DNA from: Felis catus
Lineage: Eukaryota
Reading direction: 5' to 3'
DNA length: 64,000 nucleotides
Assembly: GCF_018350175.1 (NCBI RefSeq)
Contig: NC_058368.1
Span: 161,326,001 to 161,390,000, forward strand
Part shown: positions 49,791 to 61,998 of the stretch, piece by piece
How the letters are laid out: each line of letters starts with the position of its first letter
Numbering within the stretch: the first letter of the stretch is position 1
The notes under the pieces: generated by a model
What the model was told of the DNA's origin: nothing
Seen by the model: the letters and a program-made list of their open reading frames with translations, nothing else
The model's database searches: none
Position numbers and translations under genes: made by a program

Positions 49791-52700
49791 ACTACTCACA
49801 TCTTTTAGAATTTTATTTCCTCCTGGAAATGGAATAGTGCCTTCTGGCACTATTTCAGAAAAAGCAAAGCAAAAAAAAAAAAAAAAAAAAAAAAAGGCTG
49901 TACAATCTAGAAATTACAAGGTAATTGGCTACATTGCTTTGTCCCTATCTGTTCAGATGGTCTTGGAAGACAAAGTGAAAGTGAAGGAGAACATGCAAAG
50001 CCCAGCTGCCAAACTGACATGACAGCCGGTTAGTTGGGGCAATGCCACTCTCAGATCAACCCAAAGGTTAATAACACAGATGCAGTCAAACATCTGATGG
50101 ATAGAGGCTGTGAACTCTCTATCACTAACTTACAGCGAATGCCTGGGGGTGGCAGATGAAGAGGCCTATCATCAATTAAGCATGGCAGTCCATTTTTATA
50201 AAATTGTCAGAAAGGATTATTAAATTTCACATCTTAGTCCGCTTGGGGAAAAAAAAATCAAATAACACTGAAGGTTGCATTTTAAAACCAATGTTTAGTG
50301 TAAACTCTTGCTTCTAGCCTCATGTCAAACCATCAAGGAGGTGCTGTACAATTTGATCCATGCTTTTCATTTTCTCATTTCTGAGCCGAATCATTTCATT
50401 TCCTCATAATTATTATTAAGTCCCAGTATTTTTTAATCTGATTATTACTGTTTAATGTAAGTGTAAGAATTTCATAACTTGGGGAAATATCTAAATATCA
50501 AGAAAACAACTTCAAAGTCTGAATATGAGTGCAAGTGGAATACTTATTCAGCATGTCAACTGGAATACACAGTCCTCAAAGTGAAATTCCTTAACAGACC
50601 ATTAGTTTTGTTTTTTATAAATTTCCTTGTTTACATTAAATTCAGAAAAATATGCTGCACTATGTCACAGTGGGCTTAAATTGGTCTGACTCTACATGTG
50701 CTTTCTTAAATTTCAAGATTTGATTCAGAGGATTCCATCTAGTTTGAGTTAAATTTATTACAAATCAGCTTGATTATTTACCCCTCTATACTAAATCTTA
50801 AACTTTCTGTATTTGTTAAATCCCCATGAATGCCAAAATTATTTAGTAGTACATTGGAAAAATTTTAAGGCCCGATATAAGGCAATTATAGTGATAACAC
50901 AATCACTATTAAGCTATAACAAGTTCTCAGAATATCTAGAAAACTATTCACAGTTATTACACCACACACATTTCCACACTTAGCATTGTGATGTAGTTTC
51001 AGTTCCTGTTTACTAACTTAACATGACTTTCCTAATATCCTCTTAAGGAAATTATTTTTTCTAGCACTGGATTAATATTATCCCATGCTTTTTTACATTT
51101 TGGCAACAAGGTATCCCCAATTCTATACCACAATCCACTCATCTAAATGATCTATTTGATGGATATCACTAAAACAGTTTGCAAACTTGATTGGAACAAA
51201 ATGAAATGTTACATAATGATCAACTTGAGGTGGTATGCTGAAAAGAGCTCACAGTATACCAGAAAGCTACAAGAAGCTGTTGAAAAGCCCTATTCTATAT
51301 ACTGACATGAAGAAAAAAAAAGATCATAGAATTCTAGAATTATAAGGCATAGGAGTTATTCAGGCCAACACTCTAATTAAACAGGCCAGGGACCAAACAC
51401 TAGCTTTGATAAAATCCTCAAATGAGTTGGCACCTAAACCAAGGTTTGGACCTAGGGTTGTATACACCACAGCCCACTGCCTTGCCATAGACCACGCATT
51501 CCCCAAAATGGCAGGAATACAATGATAAGAATAGCATTTGCATGTACCATTTCTGAATCAAACAAATTATGGATCAGCATTTTATCCTATCAAACTTCTC
51601 ACCTATTAAGTGATTCTTTGTGCCCTCCCACCCTCCATATATCAGCTTGGATGTGGAATAAAATCCTTTGGTTGCGATGCTGAGAAAGTTTGCATTTTAT
51701 GTTCCAAATGTTCCACCTAGCAACAAGTAAATGTAAACTAACTGGTTGACTGATTGACCTCCTGATTGGCTGACTTATAGAATAACTGGTTGACTGACTG
51801 TCTGATAGATGAAGGCTTTCCAGAGAGGGTCAAGGTCATAATTCCCTACAGGCTCTAGTAAACTTCCAATGTCAAACATTACTGACAAACCTGATACTTG
51901 AAGTACCAAGTTACTCAATATCTTTTAGTGACACAAATTTCTAAAAATAACAGAAATATCTTCAAATTTTTCTTAACCCCACCATATTCTTTTTGTTTTA
52001 CACAAAAATACTAATTTTTAAAAATTAAAGGATATTTAATGTCTAAGAATAAAACTATTTAGAGAGTAATTCAACAATACCTGACATTATGTGAAAGACA
52101 GACATAATGTCACGATATTATGATAAAAAATAATATCGCATTTATATTTCAAGATATGATATAAATGTGATGTCTTTCAAAAGGCAAATTTTCAATAAAA
52201 ACTTTAATATTATCAAGTTTTTGTATCTAAAACTTACTATAGCAATTTTACGCATTTTGTTCTTGCATTCATGCTTAGGAAACATAGTTTTTGCAAACTT
52301 TATGGAAAAATATTTGAACAAATTAAAAATCATTGCAACAATACATATAGATTATGGTTCTTTTATTTTCTCTTTAGTTTCTAATTTCTACATCTTTCAT
52401 TTTATGAGAAAGCATCACCAAAGGGGGGAAAATACTATAAAAGACAACATTGATTGGTTCTTGGAAGAAATGAGAGCGAGAACCATCTCTTTTATGTGAT
52501 CAAAGAATCTCTTTTTAAATGTTCTTATTAATGCGAACTGAACCTAAAAATGTGAACTTGCTGGTATATAGATTGCTTTATTCCAGTTACCTGCATTAGG
52601 TAAACTGTTTTACACATTCTTTAAGGAATAATTTTTGCATGTTCATTTCTTTTCTTCAATCTCCCACCAAACTTACAATTACTTTACAGTACACACTACA

Positions 52701-53320
52701 GTAAGATATTATATAAATGTGATAATTTTAAAATTCTATAGTAAGGCATTGTGCAAATATGAAAATTTTAAGAGATATTATAATTTTAAAATGTATATAA
52801 TGCTTAGTCCTTCATATTATCTTTTGAATTTTAAGATTTATATACAAACATAAATGGTAAGATTAAAATGCCTAGGCTTTGTTCTGTTGTTATACGAAAG
52901 AGTACCTATGATATCAGATTCCAACTTAACCAAAACTGAACCAAAATGAAAAGCACCATTGTAATCAATCATATGGTTGCTTCATTCTAAACTGGTTACT
53001 TTTAAAGAGCCAGCTTCCAACATTCCTCCCTAAAGAAAGAATAAAAATAGCATTACGACGGTGCACATCAAAGCTACACTACTCAGCCAGTCATTGTGTT
53101 AGCTGGCACTAAATTCTTGAACAGCATAGTACTACAACACAGGTCATGTGGATGACTGCGAAAGGATAGTCTTCATGTGATCGGGGTTTAATCTGGTGGA
53201 CATGGTCTTTGTGGAGATTGCTACAAAACACAACAAGAGTTATCTTTTTCATGTGAACAATGAATCTTCTTTTAATGTTCCCACTGCTGCACAAAGATTC
53301 CAAAACTAAGAGAAAGATTC

Positions 53321-53672
53321 CAATATCTTGTTTTATTGTGCTCTTCAAAGGTATTGCAGTGTTTACAAATTGAAGATTCAAGATGTCAGTGGAGAAAGTA
53401 ACTACAGATGCGGTGGAAAAAGCAAGAGAACTACAATTACAAATGGAGCCTGAAGATGTGACTGAATTGCTGCAATCTTATGATTAAGCTTATAGTAGAT
53501 AAGGGGTGCCTGGGTGGCTCAGTTGAATAAACATTCAACTTTGGCTTGGGTCATGTTCACGGTTCATGAGTTCAAGCTCCACATTGGGCCATCGGGCTCT
53601 GTGCTGACAGCTTGGAGCCTGGAGCCTGCTTCAGATTCTGTGTCTCCCTCTCTCTCTGTCCCTTCCCCACTC

Positions 53673-53723
<51 letters not shown>

Positions 53724-54374
53724 AATAAACATTTAATGAAATTTTAAACTTACAGTAGATGATTAGTTGCTACTATGGATAAGCAGAGATAGTGGTCTCT
53801 TGAGATAGAAACTACTCCTGGTGAAGATGCTGTGAAGATCATTGAAATGACAACAAAGGATGTAAAATGTTACAGCAACTTAATTGATAAAGCAGTGGCT
53901 GTGTCTGACAGGATTGACTCCAACTCTTAAAGAAGTTCTACTGTGGGTAAAATGCTATCCAACAACTTCACATGTTATAGAGAAACTGTTCATGAAAGTA
54001 AGAGTCCATTATGTGGCAACCTTCACTACTGTCTTATTTTAAGGAACTGCCACAGTCACCCAACATTCAGCAACCACCACCCTGATCAATCAGCAGCCCT
54101 CAACATCAAGGCCAGACCCTCCACCAGCGAAAAGATTATGTATCCCTGAAAGCTTAGATATTGGCTAGCCTTTTTAGCAAAAGTATTTTTTAATAAAGGT
54201 ATGTACACTGTTTTCTTAGACATAACACTGTTGTACACTTAATAGACTACAGTGCAGTGTAAACATAACTTTTATATACACTGGGAAACAGAAACATTCA
54301 TTTAACTCACTTTGTTGTGGCATTTGCTTTACTGCACTCTGGAACTGAACCTACAATACTCCTGGGTACGTCTG
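53321..54374 (+). mobile_element. Tigger1-derived, internally deleted DNA transposon (TcMar), interrupted by a SINE
   Basis: 5' part tgttttattgtgc...tttacaaattgaag is joined directly to 3' transposase sequence (cagtggagaaagtaactacagatg..., ctgatcaatcagcagcc); right end ctggaactgaacc...ggtacgtctg is followed by TA. Confidence 0.88.
53503..53745 (+). mobile_element. Can-SINE inserted in Tigger
   Basis: TSD aa(g/a)ctta(t/c)agtagat at 53486-53500 and 53746-53760. Confidence 0.95.
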
Positions 54375-54451
54375 TAATGAAAATCATCCTCTTGGAAAAC
54401 CACTTTGAGTTTAAAAGTACCTCAAAATGGGTTCTGCTTCTTGCAGATAAC

Positions 54452-54985
54452 TGTGGTTCAATTTCAGATGTTGTTTGGTAGGCTTTTTCAAATCTTTTGG
54501 AAAATTTTTAATTTTCTATGGGGAGTTGAAGAGTTTGTAGATGGGAGAATGGGAATGGAAAGTTGGGAGTAAGCTGATAAAATGCTATGATCAAAGAACT
54601 TTATGCTAACCATGAACTTGAAGCTTTTTATGCAGTTCTTTGGCAAATAGCAGCAGCTTCACCTACAGGTTACGTGCATCACAGGTTTGGTAGTAGTAAA
54701 AGACAGGTGGGGGTCCCCATTTGGCTTCATGGGTTGCAATCTGTCTTCACAAGGTTCCAATTTTTCTCTGCTTTCCCCTGATATACATTCAGCTTAGGAA
54801 GCCCAGACTGGGCCTAGCTGACCTATTGAGACTTGAAACCTAGCACAAGATCACAAAGGCAGCAGCCTTGCAGAGACTTCTACACCAGCAACTACAACCT
54901 TGTGAGGTACAGGTCTCTATGATAAATCTCTACTCTACATTACTCATAGTGATTCTATTTCTCAGGGCAAAATCTTACAGATAAA
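54452..54985 (+). mobile_element. ERVL-class LTR relic (LTR41-like)
   Basis: 3' motifs ggcagcagccttgcagagacttc...ataaatctctactct...tagtgattctatttctc; left boundary uncertain. Confidence 0.55.
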
Positions 54986-56528
54986 GCAGTAATGAAGTGA
55001 AATGAAGAAATGAATCAAAGGGATTAATGTCCAATCACTCTCAAAGGCAGTTAGCAGAAGAAACGTAGAAGCATGCCTTTATCTTCTTTGAGTTGATTCC
55101 ATAGCCCTGAATTCATACGTCTACAGTCCTTATTTTATTTTAGAGATTACTTTACACGGTAACACCGAGTTTCTCCAAAAGTAGAAAGAAAATAGCTTCT
55201 AATAGTTATTCCTTCAGATATGTACTCTCTAGCCCACTAGACTGTTTACTCTGAAGTGTCTTGGTTCTCCTTTTCTCTGCCTACTTGCAACTACTTGGGG
55301 AGATTGTCCCTTAGGCTATTTTTGGCAGACCTTAAAAATAACTACCACAGGTTTTCTCTTTGTGTATTAAAAGTGAAGTCTTTACAGTTTAGCAATTCAC
55401 TGCAAACTTGTAAAGGAAGCGATGCTCACATTTTCTTTTCCTTCTAAGGGTCAGCCTAGCTGTGATATTGCTAGTAGAAGCAGAGTAGAGCAATGACCAC
55501 ATCTTCTAGCACAGTACTAAATCACCCATAAGATGAAAGGAAGCAGTGGATATTAGCTCTCTGCCTAGGAGCTACCAGACAGCCATTTCCTTTTATTCTA
55601 GCAAATCTAGTTTTGGGTAACCTGGGCACTTCATTTTTCTTTCCTGACAGCTGTATGTGAGTCACAGGCGCACTATATAGGGCTGTTCTTTCTCCTTACA
55701 GTGTTATCAATTACTCTACAAGTATTCACTGAGCACTTATGCAACATGCATAGTGGAACTAAGCCTAGGCCTTGCCTGGAATGCAATATGTGATGAGGGA
55801 AGGCTTTTCAGTTTGCCTGAGGACTCAGCATTCTTGGGCATGCAGGCTACCCATGGTATATTTACTTGTTAAATTTTACCTAAGTTTCGTGTAATATGAA
55901 TAGGATTTTCATTCTTTTCTCTAGGTTAACCCTTAATGCTTCCGTAGCACAATATGCTGCTGGAAAGAAGTGGTTTATAGTAGACAGTAAACAGTATAGT
56001 CTATAGCATTCTTATTAGCTAAGCTATGCCCAAGGTTTGGGTTTTGACTTACGAACTAAACACAGGTTTAAATGATTATTCTACACATACCAATGTAGTT
56101 TGGGAATCCTACTTGGGCATAAAAAGAAAAATCAATTCCTTTTTTACACTCTTTTCCCATTCATCAGGACATCTTAGCACAATACAGTAAGATAGTTAGC
56201 AACCCATTCATACCAACAGCAACAAAGGAGCAACACCATTGTTAACCTATTACAAATACAAGTTTAAAGGTAAGAGAAATAAAAATAGAGACTATATAAA
56301 TGACTGCAATTTTACTAAAAGATAAAAGTTCAGTTGTACACACACACACATATGCAAAATATATTGGTGTGTACCAAAATACCTCCCAAGGTAGAAACTC
56401 ATAATTATGTTTGTAAGTAGAAGACAGAATAGGTACATTATGGGTAGTATGTTCAATTTGATAGATTTTCTGAATAAGCAACTGCAAAATAGCACATTTA
56501 CCCAAAGCAGTGATTCCTAAAATATGGG

Positions 56529-56766
56529 TTTTTTTTTTAATTTTTTAAAAAAAAATTCTTAATGTTTATTTAATTTTGAGAGAAAGAGAGAGAGAGAGAG
56601 AGAGCAGGGGAGGGGCAGAGAGAGATAGGGAGACACAGAATCCAAAGCAGGCTCCAGGTCTGAGCTGTCAGCACAGAGCCTGACACAGGGTTCAAACTCA
56701 CAAACCATGAGATCAACACCTGAGCTGAAGTCGGATGCTTAACCAACTGAGACACCCAGGCGCCCC
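56529..56766 (-). mobile_element. Can-SINE
   Basis: Reverse head cacccaggcgcccc, (GA)n, T tail; degenerate TSD. Confidence 0.94.
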
Positions 56767-57409
56767 TGCCCCTATTAAAATAGGTTTTTAAACCTAACAG
56801 AGAAAAAGGAGCTTCCCTGTTTCACCGTTCTAGTTAAAATATTTTGGATTCATTTTTCTGTGTGGGCCCCCTTTATCTTACTACTTTATTAAAGATAGGT
56901 TAGTAGATTTTACACCTAAATACATATTTACAACAAAAAACTACAAAAGTATGTTGCTAAAGAAACCATTTCTGAAGACATATTGAAACTATGGACCATG
57001 TGAAAAAAATGTACAAAACAAACAAAATGATTTGTATGCTGCCTCAGTCACTATTGTTATTTATTTGTTCATTTATATTTGTATTCTCAGTGCTTTTGGA
57101 AGTGATTTAACACAACTTATAAATATACACAGTACAACAAAATGCATAAGAAAAAAGAAGTAAAGAATTTGTAGCAAAGATAAATAAAGGTAGAAACAAA
57201 AGAATAAATTCAACAGTTATAGAAAATGTGTGCCCTGGAGTATAATAGCTCATCTCAAGCCTCTAATTTGGCAGTTCACTGTCTATAACAGCAAAGCCAG
57301 AGGAAACACAACCAATTACTTGACCCACTGCTTCCAAAATATGAAGATAGGCCAGTTTTTCAAAAAAGCACATTTATTGTTCATATGGACACCAAAGGTA
57401 GATATCTTT

Positions 57410-57489
57410 ACACCACTGAATGAAAGCATAGTGAAAACTTTAAGGTTTGAAGCAAATATGATGGCAACAATTTTATTCTAGAAGAGATG
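57410..57489 (+). repeat. 80-bp direct repeat, copy 1 (copy 2 at 58452-58535)
   Basis: acaccactgaatgaaagcatagtgaaaactttaaggtttgaagcaaatatgatggcaacaattttattctagaagagatg. Confidence 0.92.
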
Positions 57490-57534
57490 TAGGAGGCAAA
57501 GTGATACTTTTTGTTTATGTTATTGTTTTTTTAA

Positions 57535-57535
<1 letters not shown>

Positions 57536-57574
<39 letters not shown>
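57536..57574. repeat. (TG)n microsatellite
   Basis: Directly visible. Confidence 0.97.
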
Positions 57575-57577
<3 letters not shown>

Positions 57578-57699
57578 TTTAATAGTCAACTTAAGCACAA
57601 TTAAATTACGCATTTCTGGAGTACCAAAGTCCACACACACAGTACATAGCATTATAGTCTTTTTGCTGAATCCAGTTATAGATTTGAAAACATCACGTG

Positions 57700-57846
57700 A
57701 GATGATTCTTAACCATTTCTTAATTACAGACCATTTTGAATACTTGGTGAAAATAATAGACTGCCCACTAAATTCAAATGCATAAAATATGTATGTAATT
57801 TTAAGAAGCTCTTAAATCCTCTTTTATGCAAGGTTAAGAAACTCTG
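57700..57846. mobile_element. Possible hAT-Charlie MITE relic
   Basis: Inverted ends ttcttaacc (57706-57714) and ggttaagaa (57832-57840). Confidence 0.5.
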
Positions 57847-57852
57847 AGCAAG

Positions 57853-58058
57853 GGGGGTGCCTGGGTGGCTCAGTCAGTTGTGTCTGACTCTTGATTTTGG
57901 CTCAGGTCATGATTTCACAGTTTGTGAGTTGGAGCCCCACATCTGGCTCTATGCTCACTGTTCAAAAGCCTGCTTAGGATTCTCTCCCTCTCTCTCCTTC
58001 TCTCTTTCTGCCCCTCCCACCGTTGTCTCTCTCACAAAAGGAATAAACTAAAAAAAAT
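57853..58058 (+). mobile_element. Can-SINE
   Basis: TSD core ctctgagcaag at 57842-57852 and 58059-58069. Confidence 0.94.
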
Positions 58059-58316
58059 CTCTGAGCAAGAAAAATGGATGGATTACTTAAATTTCAGGAA
58101 ATCCTGTGTTTATTTCCACAAAGACTCTGAGACATTGAACAGTAATGAGTTTGAGGTTATTCTCCCTGATAAACTCTAGTGCACACATTCTGTGTGGTCT
58201 CTTAAATCAAAGCCACAAAGGAGTTAACAAGGAAAGCAGGAAGGAGAAATGACACACCTTTATGAGAGTGAGAAAGAGAGAGAGATACAAGAAGATAGTG
58301 ACAGAGACACTAAAAA

Positions 58317-58317
<1 letters not shown>

Positions 58318-58361
<44 letters not shown>
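58318..58361. repeat. (CA)n microsatellite
   Basis: Directly visible. Confidence 0.97.
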
Positions 58362-58363
<2 letters not shown>

Positions 58364-58451
58364 GCCTAATCTAATAGAAGGTCTTTCTTTCTCTGCACTG
58401 AGGTAGGACACACAACAGTTTCTGAGGTCCCCACAGGGCTACTGGGGAATC

Positions 58452-58535
58452 ACACCATTGAATGAAAGCATAAATTGTGAAAACTTTAAGGTCTGAAGGA
58501 AAAATGATGGCAACAATTTTATTCTAGAAGAAATG
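58452..58535 (+). repeat. 80-bp direct repeat, copy 2
   Basis: Matches 57410-57489 with 5 substitutions and a 4-nt insertion by manual alignment. Confidence 0.92.
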
Positions 58536-58586
58536 AACAGCTCATTTTAGTCATGCTCTCTGAATTTTAAAAAAAAGTGTGGATCT

Positions 58587-58783
58587 GGGGCGCTTGTGTG
58601 GCTCAGTTGGTTGAGCATCCGACTTCGGCTCAGGTCATGATCTCGTGGTCTGTGAGTTCAAGCCCCACATCAGGATCTGTGCTGACAGCTTAGAGTCTGG
58701 AGCCTCTGTGTCTGTCTCCCTCTCTCTGCCCCTCCCCTACTCATGCTCTGTCTCTCTCTCTCTGTCAAAAGTAAATAAACTTA
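58587..58783 (+). mobile_element. Can-SINE
   Basis: TSD aaaaaaaagtgtggatct at 58569-58586 and 58784-58801. Confidence 0.96.
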
Positions 58784-59493
58784 AAAAAAAAGTGTGGATC
58801 TGTGTGTGTGTGTTCTTTAGCAAAGCACCAACAAATATTTAATAATACAAGATCATAGTACATATTTCAATATACATGTTATTGCTGGATATAAAGCAGT
58901 AAATTGTTGGAAGACATGTACCAAAAGCCAACATATGCTTTTGGTTTTATAAGAGCTGATCTGAATTTATTCTTTCTGACATTAATTACCTAATCAATTC
59001 AGATGGCTCCGAATTGAAGAAAATGGATTCCTGTCAGTTGCATAGAAGAGAATCAGTTCTATTCTACCCCTAAAGGACACATTCAAAAAAGTGGCAAAAG
59101 TGGCAGCATGTCACAATTTTCCCTACCAAACTTGATTTTTTACAAAAGTATTAATATACTGTATAAAAATCAATAGTGAGGTATCTACATCAATTCCAAA
59201 TAGCTCTCTTCTTAGGTATTGGACACTGTGAGATAAATTTAGAGATTATTCTGATAAACATGCTTAAGTACCTACATACATCCAGTTAAGAATAATGCCT
59301 AAAAATAGACTTGTGATTTACATGAGCCAATACATTCCATTTTTTAATTAAACTATGTCAAATTTTGGTTATTTCAAACCAAATAGTATGGATATATGTA
59401 CCTATAATTAAGTATAAGTCACTGAGATAAAGGACAAAGTAAAGTTGACAAAAGTTCCACATTATTTAATATTCTTCTCAAAAGAAATTTCCA

Positions 59494-59746
59494 GGGGCGC
59501 CTGTGTGGCTCAGTTGCTTGAGCGTCCAACTTTGGCTCAGGTCATGATCTTGCGGTCTGTGAGTTCAAGCCCTGTGTCAGGCTCTGTGCTGACAGCTCAG
59601 AGCCTAGATTCTACTACGGATTCTGTGTCTCCCTCTCTCTCTGTCCCTCCCCTGCTCATGCTCGCTCGCTCGCTCTCTCTCGCTCTCGCTCTCTCTCTCT
59701 CTCTCTCTCTCTGTCAAAAGTAAATAAACATTAAAAAAATTAAAAA
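59494..59746 (+). mobile_element. Can-SINE
   Basis: Perfect TSD aaaagaaatttcca at 59480-59493 and 59747-59760. Confidence 0.96.
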
Positions 59747-60004
59747 AAAAGAAATTTCCACAGTAAGGAATAATATAGACTTCAATAATGAAATCATTCT
59801 ACTTTAAGCTACTCTTCAAATAAAAAAGTTGACATAAAAAACCCAGAATGTTAATTGTCAAGAACAGAGTTTACTATAAACAGTTTAGATGGAATATCTG
59901 CTAATAGAATGATAATATACTGAAAGTAGAAGCTTGCTTTTAAAAAAATGGATAAATTAGCTGATTTATTCACCCAAATGTACTCCACTTTCCCTTGTTA
60001 CTAC

Positions 60005-60410
60005 TACTCATCTTTCAGGTATATTTTAAATGTCTTTTTCAGAAACCTTTCCTTCAGCTGAAAAACTAAACCAGGGTGCTGTTATGATTTCCATAGTTTT
60101 ACCTTTTACTTTTATATAGCTTTTTGTTATGAATTAAGTTTGTATACTTTTGTACAATTATTTAATAGCAGTACTCCTCACCCCTAGAAACTGTGAGTCT
60201 TGTGAGTGCTGCTTGCTTTCTTGTTTTTTCACTTTTGATGGCTTGCCCATGCACTTGTGTGTGCGCTCCAGCGCGCTCTCTTGCTCTCTTCCTCATTTGA
60301 TTTGGTTTGGGTTTGATTTTGGTTTTGGTTTCCATCATATCCCCAGCACCCAATATAGTGTCTGAAACATGAAGGCACTAAATCAATATTTGTTAAATTG
60401 ATTAATCAGT
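60005..60410 (+). mobile_element. L2 3'-end relic
   Basis: ctagaaactgtgagtcttgtgag...tatccccagcacccaatatagtgtctgaaacatgaaggcact...aatatttgttaaattga. Confidence 0.7.
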
Positions 60411-60829
60411 GGGTGAATAACCAGATGGAAGAATTGGTAGCTGGTTTAACATCCATGCACTAATCATTTCAAGTTCCAGAGCTCTGCATTATCAAAATCA
60501 AAATAAAGCAATGATTAGACTGTATCACTGAATCTTACTACATATAACATGAAGCAGGACTTTATAGTTCAGCTGCTTTCAACAAGTCAACTGCTATAGA
60601 TCACATTTTTTATTTTTAATTGATTAATTTATTATTACTATTATTATTTTTTTGTAGGCTACATTTTTCCTGTTGTTTGCTCCTTGGCAAATCCTTAAAT
60701 TTTAGTAGGAAGAAACAATGTCAGAACTCACTGGGAGTAAATTTACTGCAAGTTTCATCATTTGTTCAATACAAAATAGACATAAAGGGAAAACTGCATG
60801 GAACTAAGATTGATGCTGGAGGGATGGGA

Positions 60830-61045
60830 ATAACATTGAGTATATGTTGTGTTCCAGGCATATTTTATATAGTTTCACAATAAATTAAGAGGTGGGAATT
60901 ATTATGTCCATTTCGTAGAAGAAACCTAATTTAAAGTTTAAATAACTCACCCAAATAACTAATCACTAGTTAGCATGTATAATTACAGAATGGTGTGAAA
61001 CATTCATATGACTCTAAAATGCACGCATAAGCTTTCCACTATAAC
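60830..61045 (-). mobile_element. MIR relic
   Basis: cattgagtatatgttgtgttccaggca...gaggtgggaattattatgtccatttcgtaga...aaataactcacccaa. Confidence 0.65.
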
Positions 61046-61522
61046 AAATGGCCTCAGAATAATTATAATTTGGATGTCTACTTATTCCAACCATTCTAGT
61101 TTAATAAATACATATGCTAGTGTTTAATAGCAAAATTTTAAAAAATGATTAAAAATCATCCTTATTAGAAATAGTCAAGAAATATAAAAGCACCTGAGGG
61201 GTTTACACTTTTAAGGGGAGGGCAACAAAAATGTGTATTATGCAAAGGATATGTAAAAATGAGTAAAGGTTTATAGAGCTACAGATAAAGACAAACTCCT
61301 TTATGAATATATTCAATAAATTTATCCAAACAATGCAGTACCCAACACAACCAAAAAAAAAAAAAAAGACAAATAGAGCCTCAATAGTAGATATATACAT
61401 ACACGGCTCAGTGTGAATACAAAAGGTGGCTTATAAAAGAGCATACATTATATGATTAAATTCATTATAGAGATGAAGATAGTGATAAATACCATATTTA
61501 ATCAATTCTAAAATGCTTCTTT

Positions 61523-61998
61523 TGCTGGTGATTTACAGGTTTGTTCTCAGATCCATTTTTCACCCATCCCTTGCTCTGCTGATTCTGAAAACCTACTCCT
61601 TACTCCTTGCCAGCTAACTTCCTCAGGTTTAAGTAATGGGAGTTATGTGTGAGCAAATGGGGAAGGGAAGGAGAAGAGGCAATGTGTCTCTCTCCTCTCC
61701 CTGCTACAGAAGGCATCCTCAGCCAGACATATCCTCTGGGGCTCTAGCTCCAGTGTCTCCCTCCATGATTCCAGTTTCTGCCAGGCAAATTGGCTAATAT
61801 GCACAAATAACACCTCATCCCTTTATGTGTCCACCCTAAAAGTGAGAGTAGCTTCCCTCATTGGCTGTCTGGTTGTCTTATCTACCTCTATTTGCCTTTT
61901 TAGCTCTCTAAAAATTCTCTAAGTAGATCTACATTAAATTCTTTCTATTGAATTTCTTGATATTAGTTCTGTTTTTTGACTGGATGCTAACTGATGCT
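61523..61998 (+). mobile_element. ERVL-class LTR (LTR33-like)
   Basis: ctcagatccattttt...ctccttgccagctaacttcc...agtagcttcc...acattaaattctttctattgaa...ttctgttttttgactggatgctaactgat. Confidence 0.65.

Noticed and set aside
52167..52499. 110-aa ORF in very AT-rich DNA
   Set aside because: F/I/K/N-biased composition typical of random AT-rich frames; non-ATG start; no motif.
53040..53320. Coding-looking stretch before the Tigger element, with a duplicated aaagattccaa
   Set aside because: The plus-strand frames I translated hit stops, and the minus-strand ORF begins inside the Tigger and resembles nothing I know.
5090..59723. Many 60-140 aa ORFs containing SAQVMIS/LTAQSLEPASDSVS or CVCV/YIYI/SLSL runs
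   Set aside because: They are translations of Can-SINEs and microsatellites, not genes.
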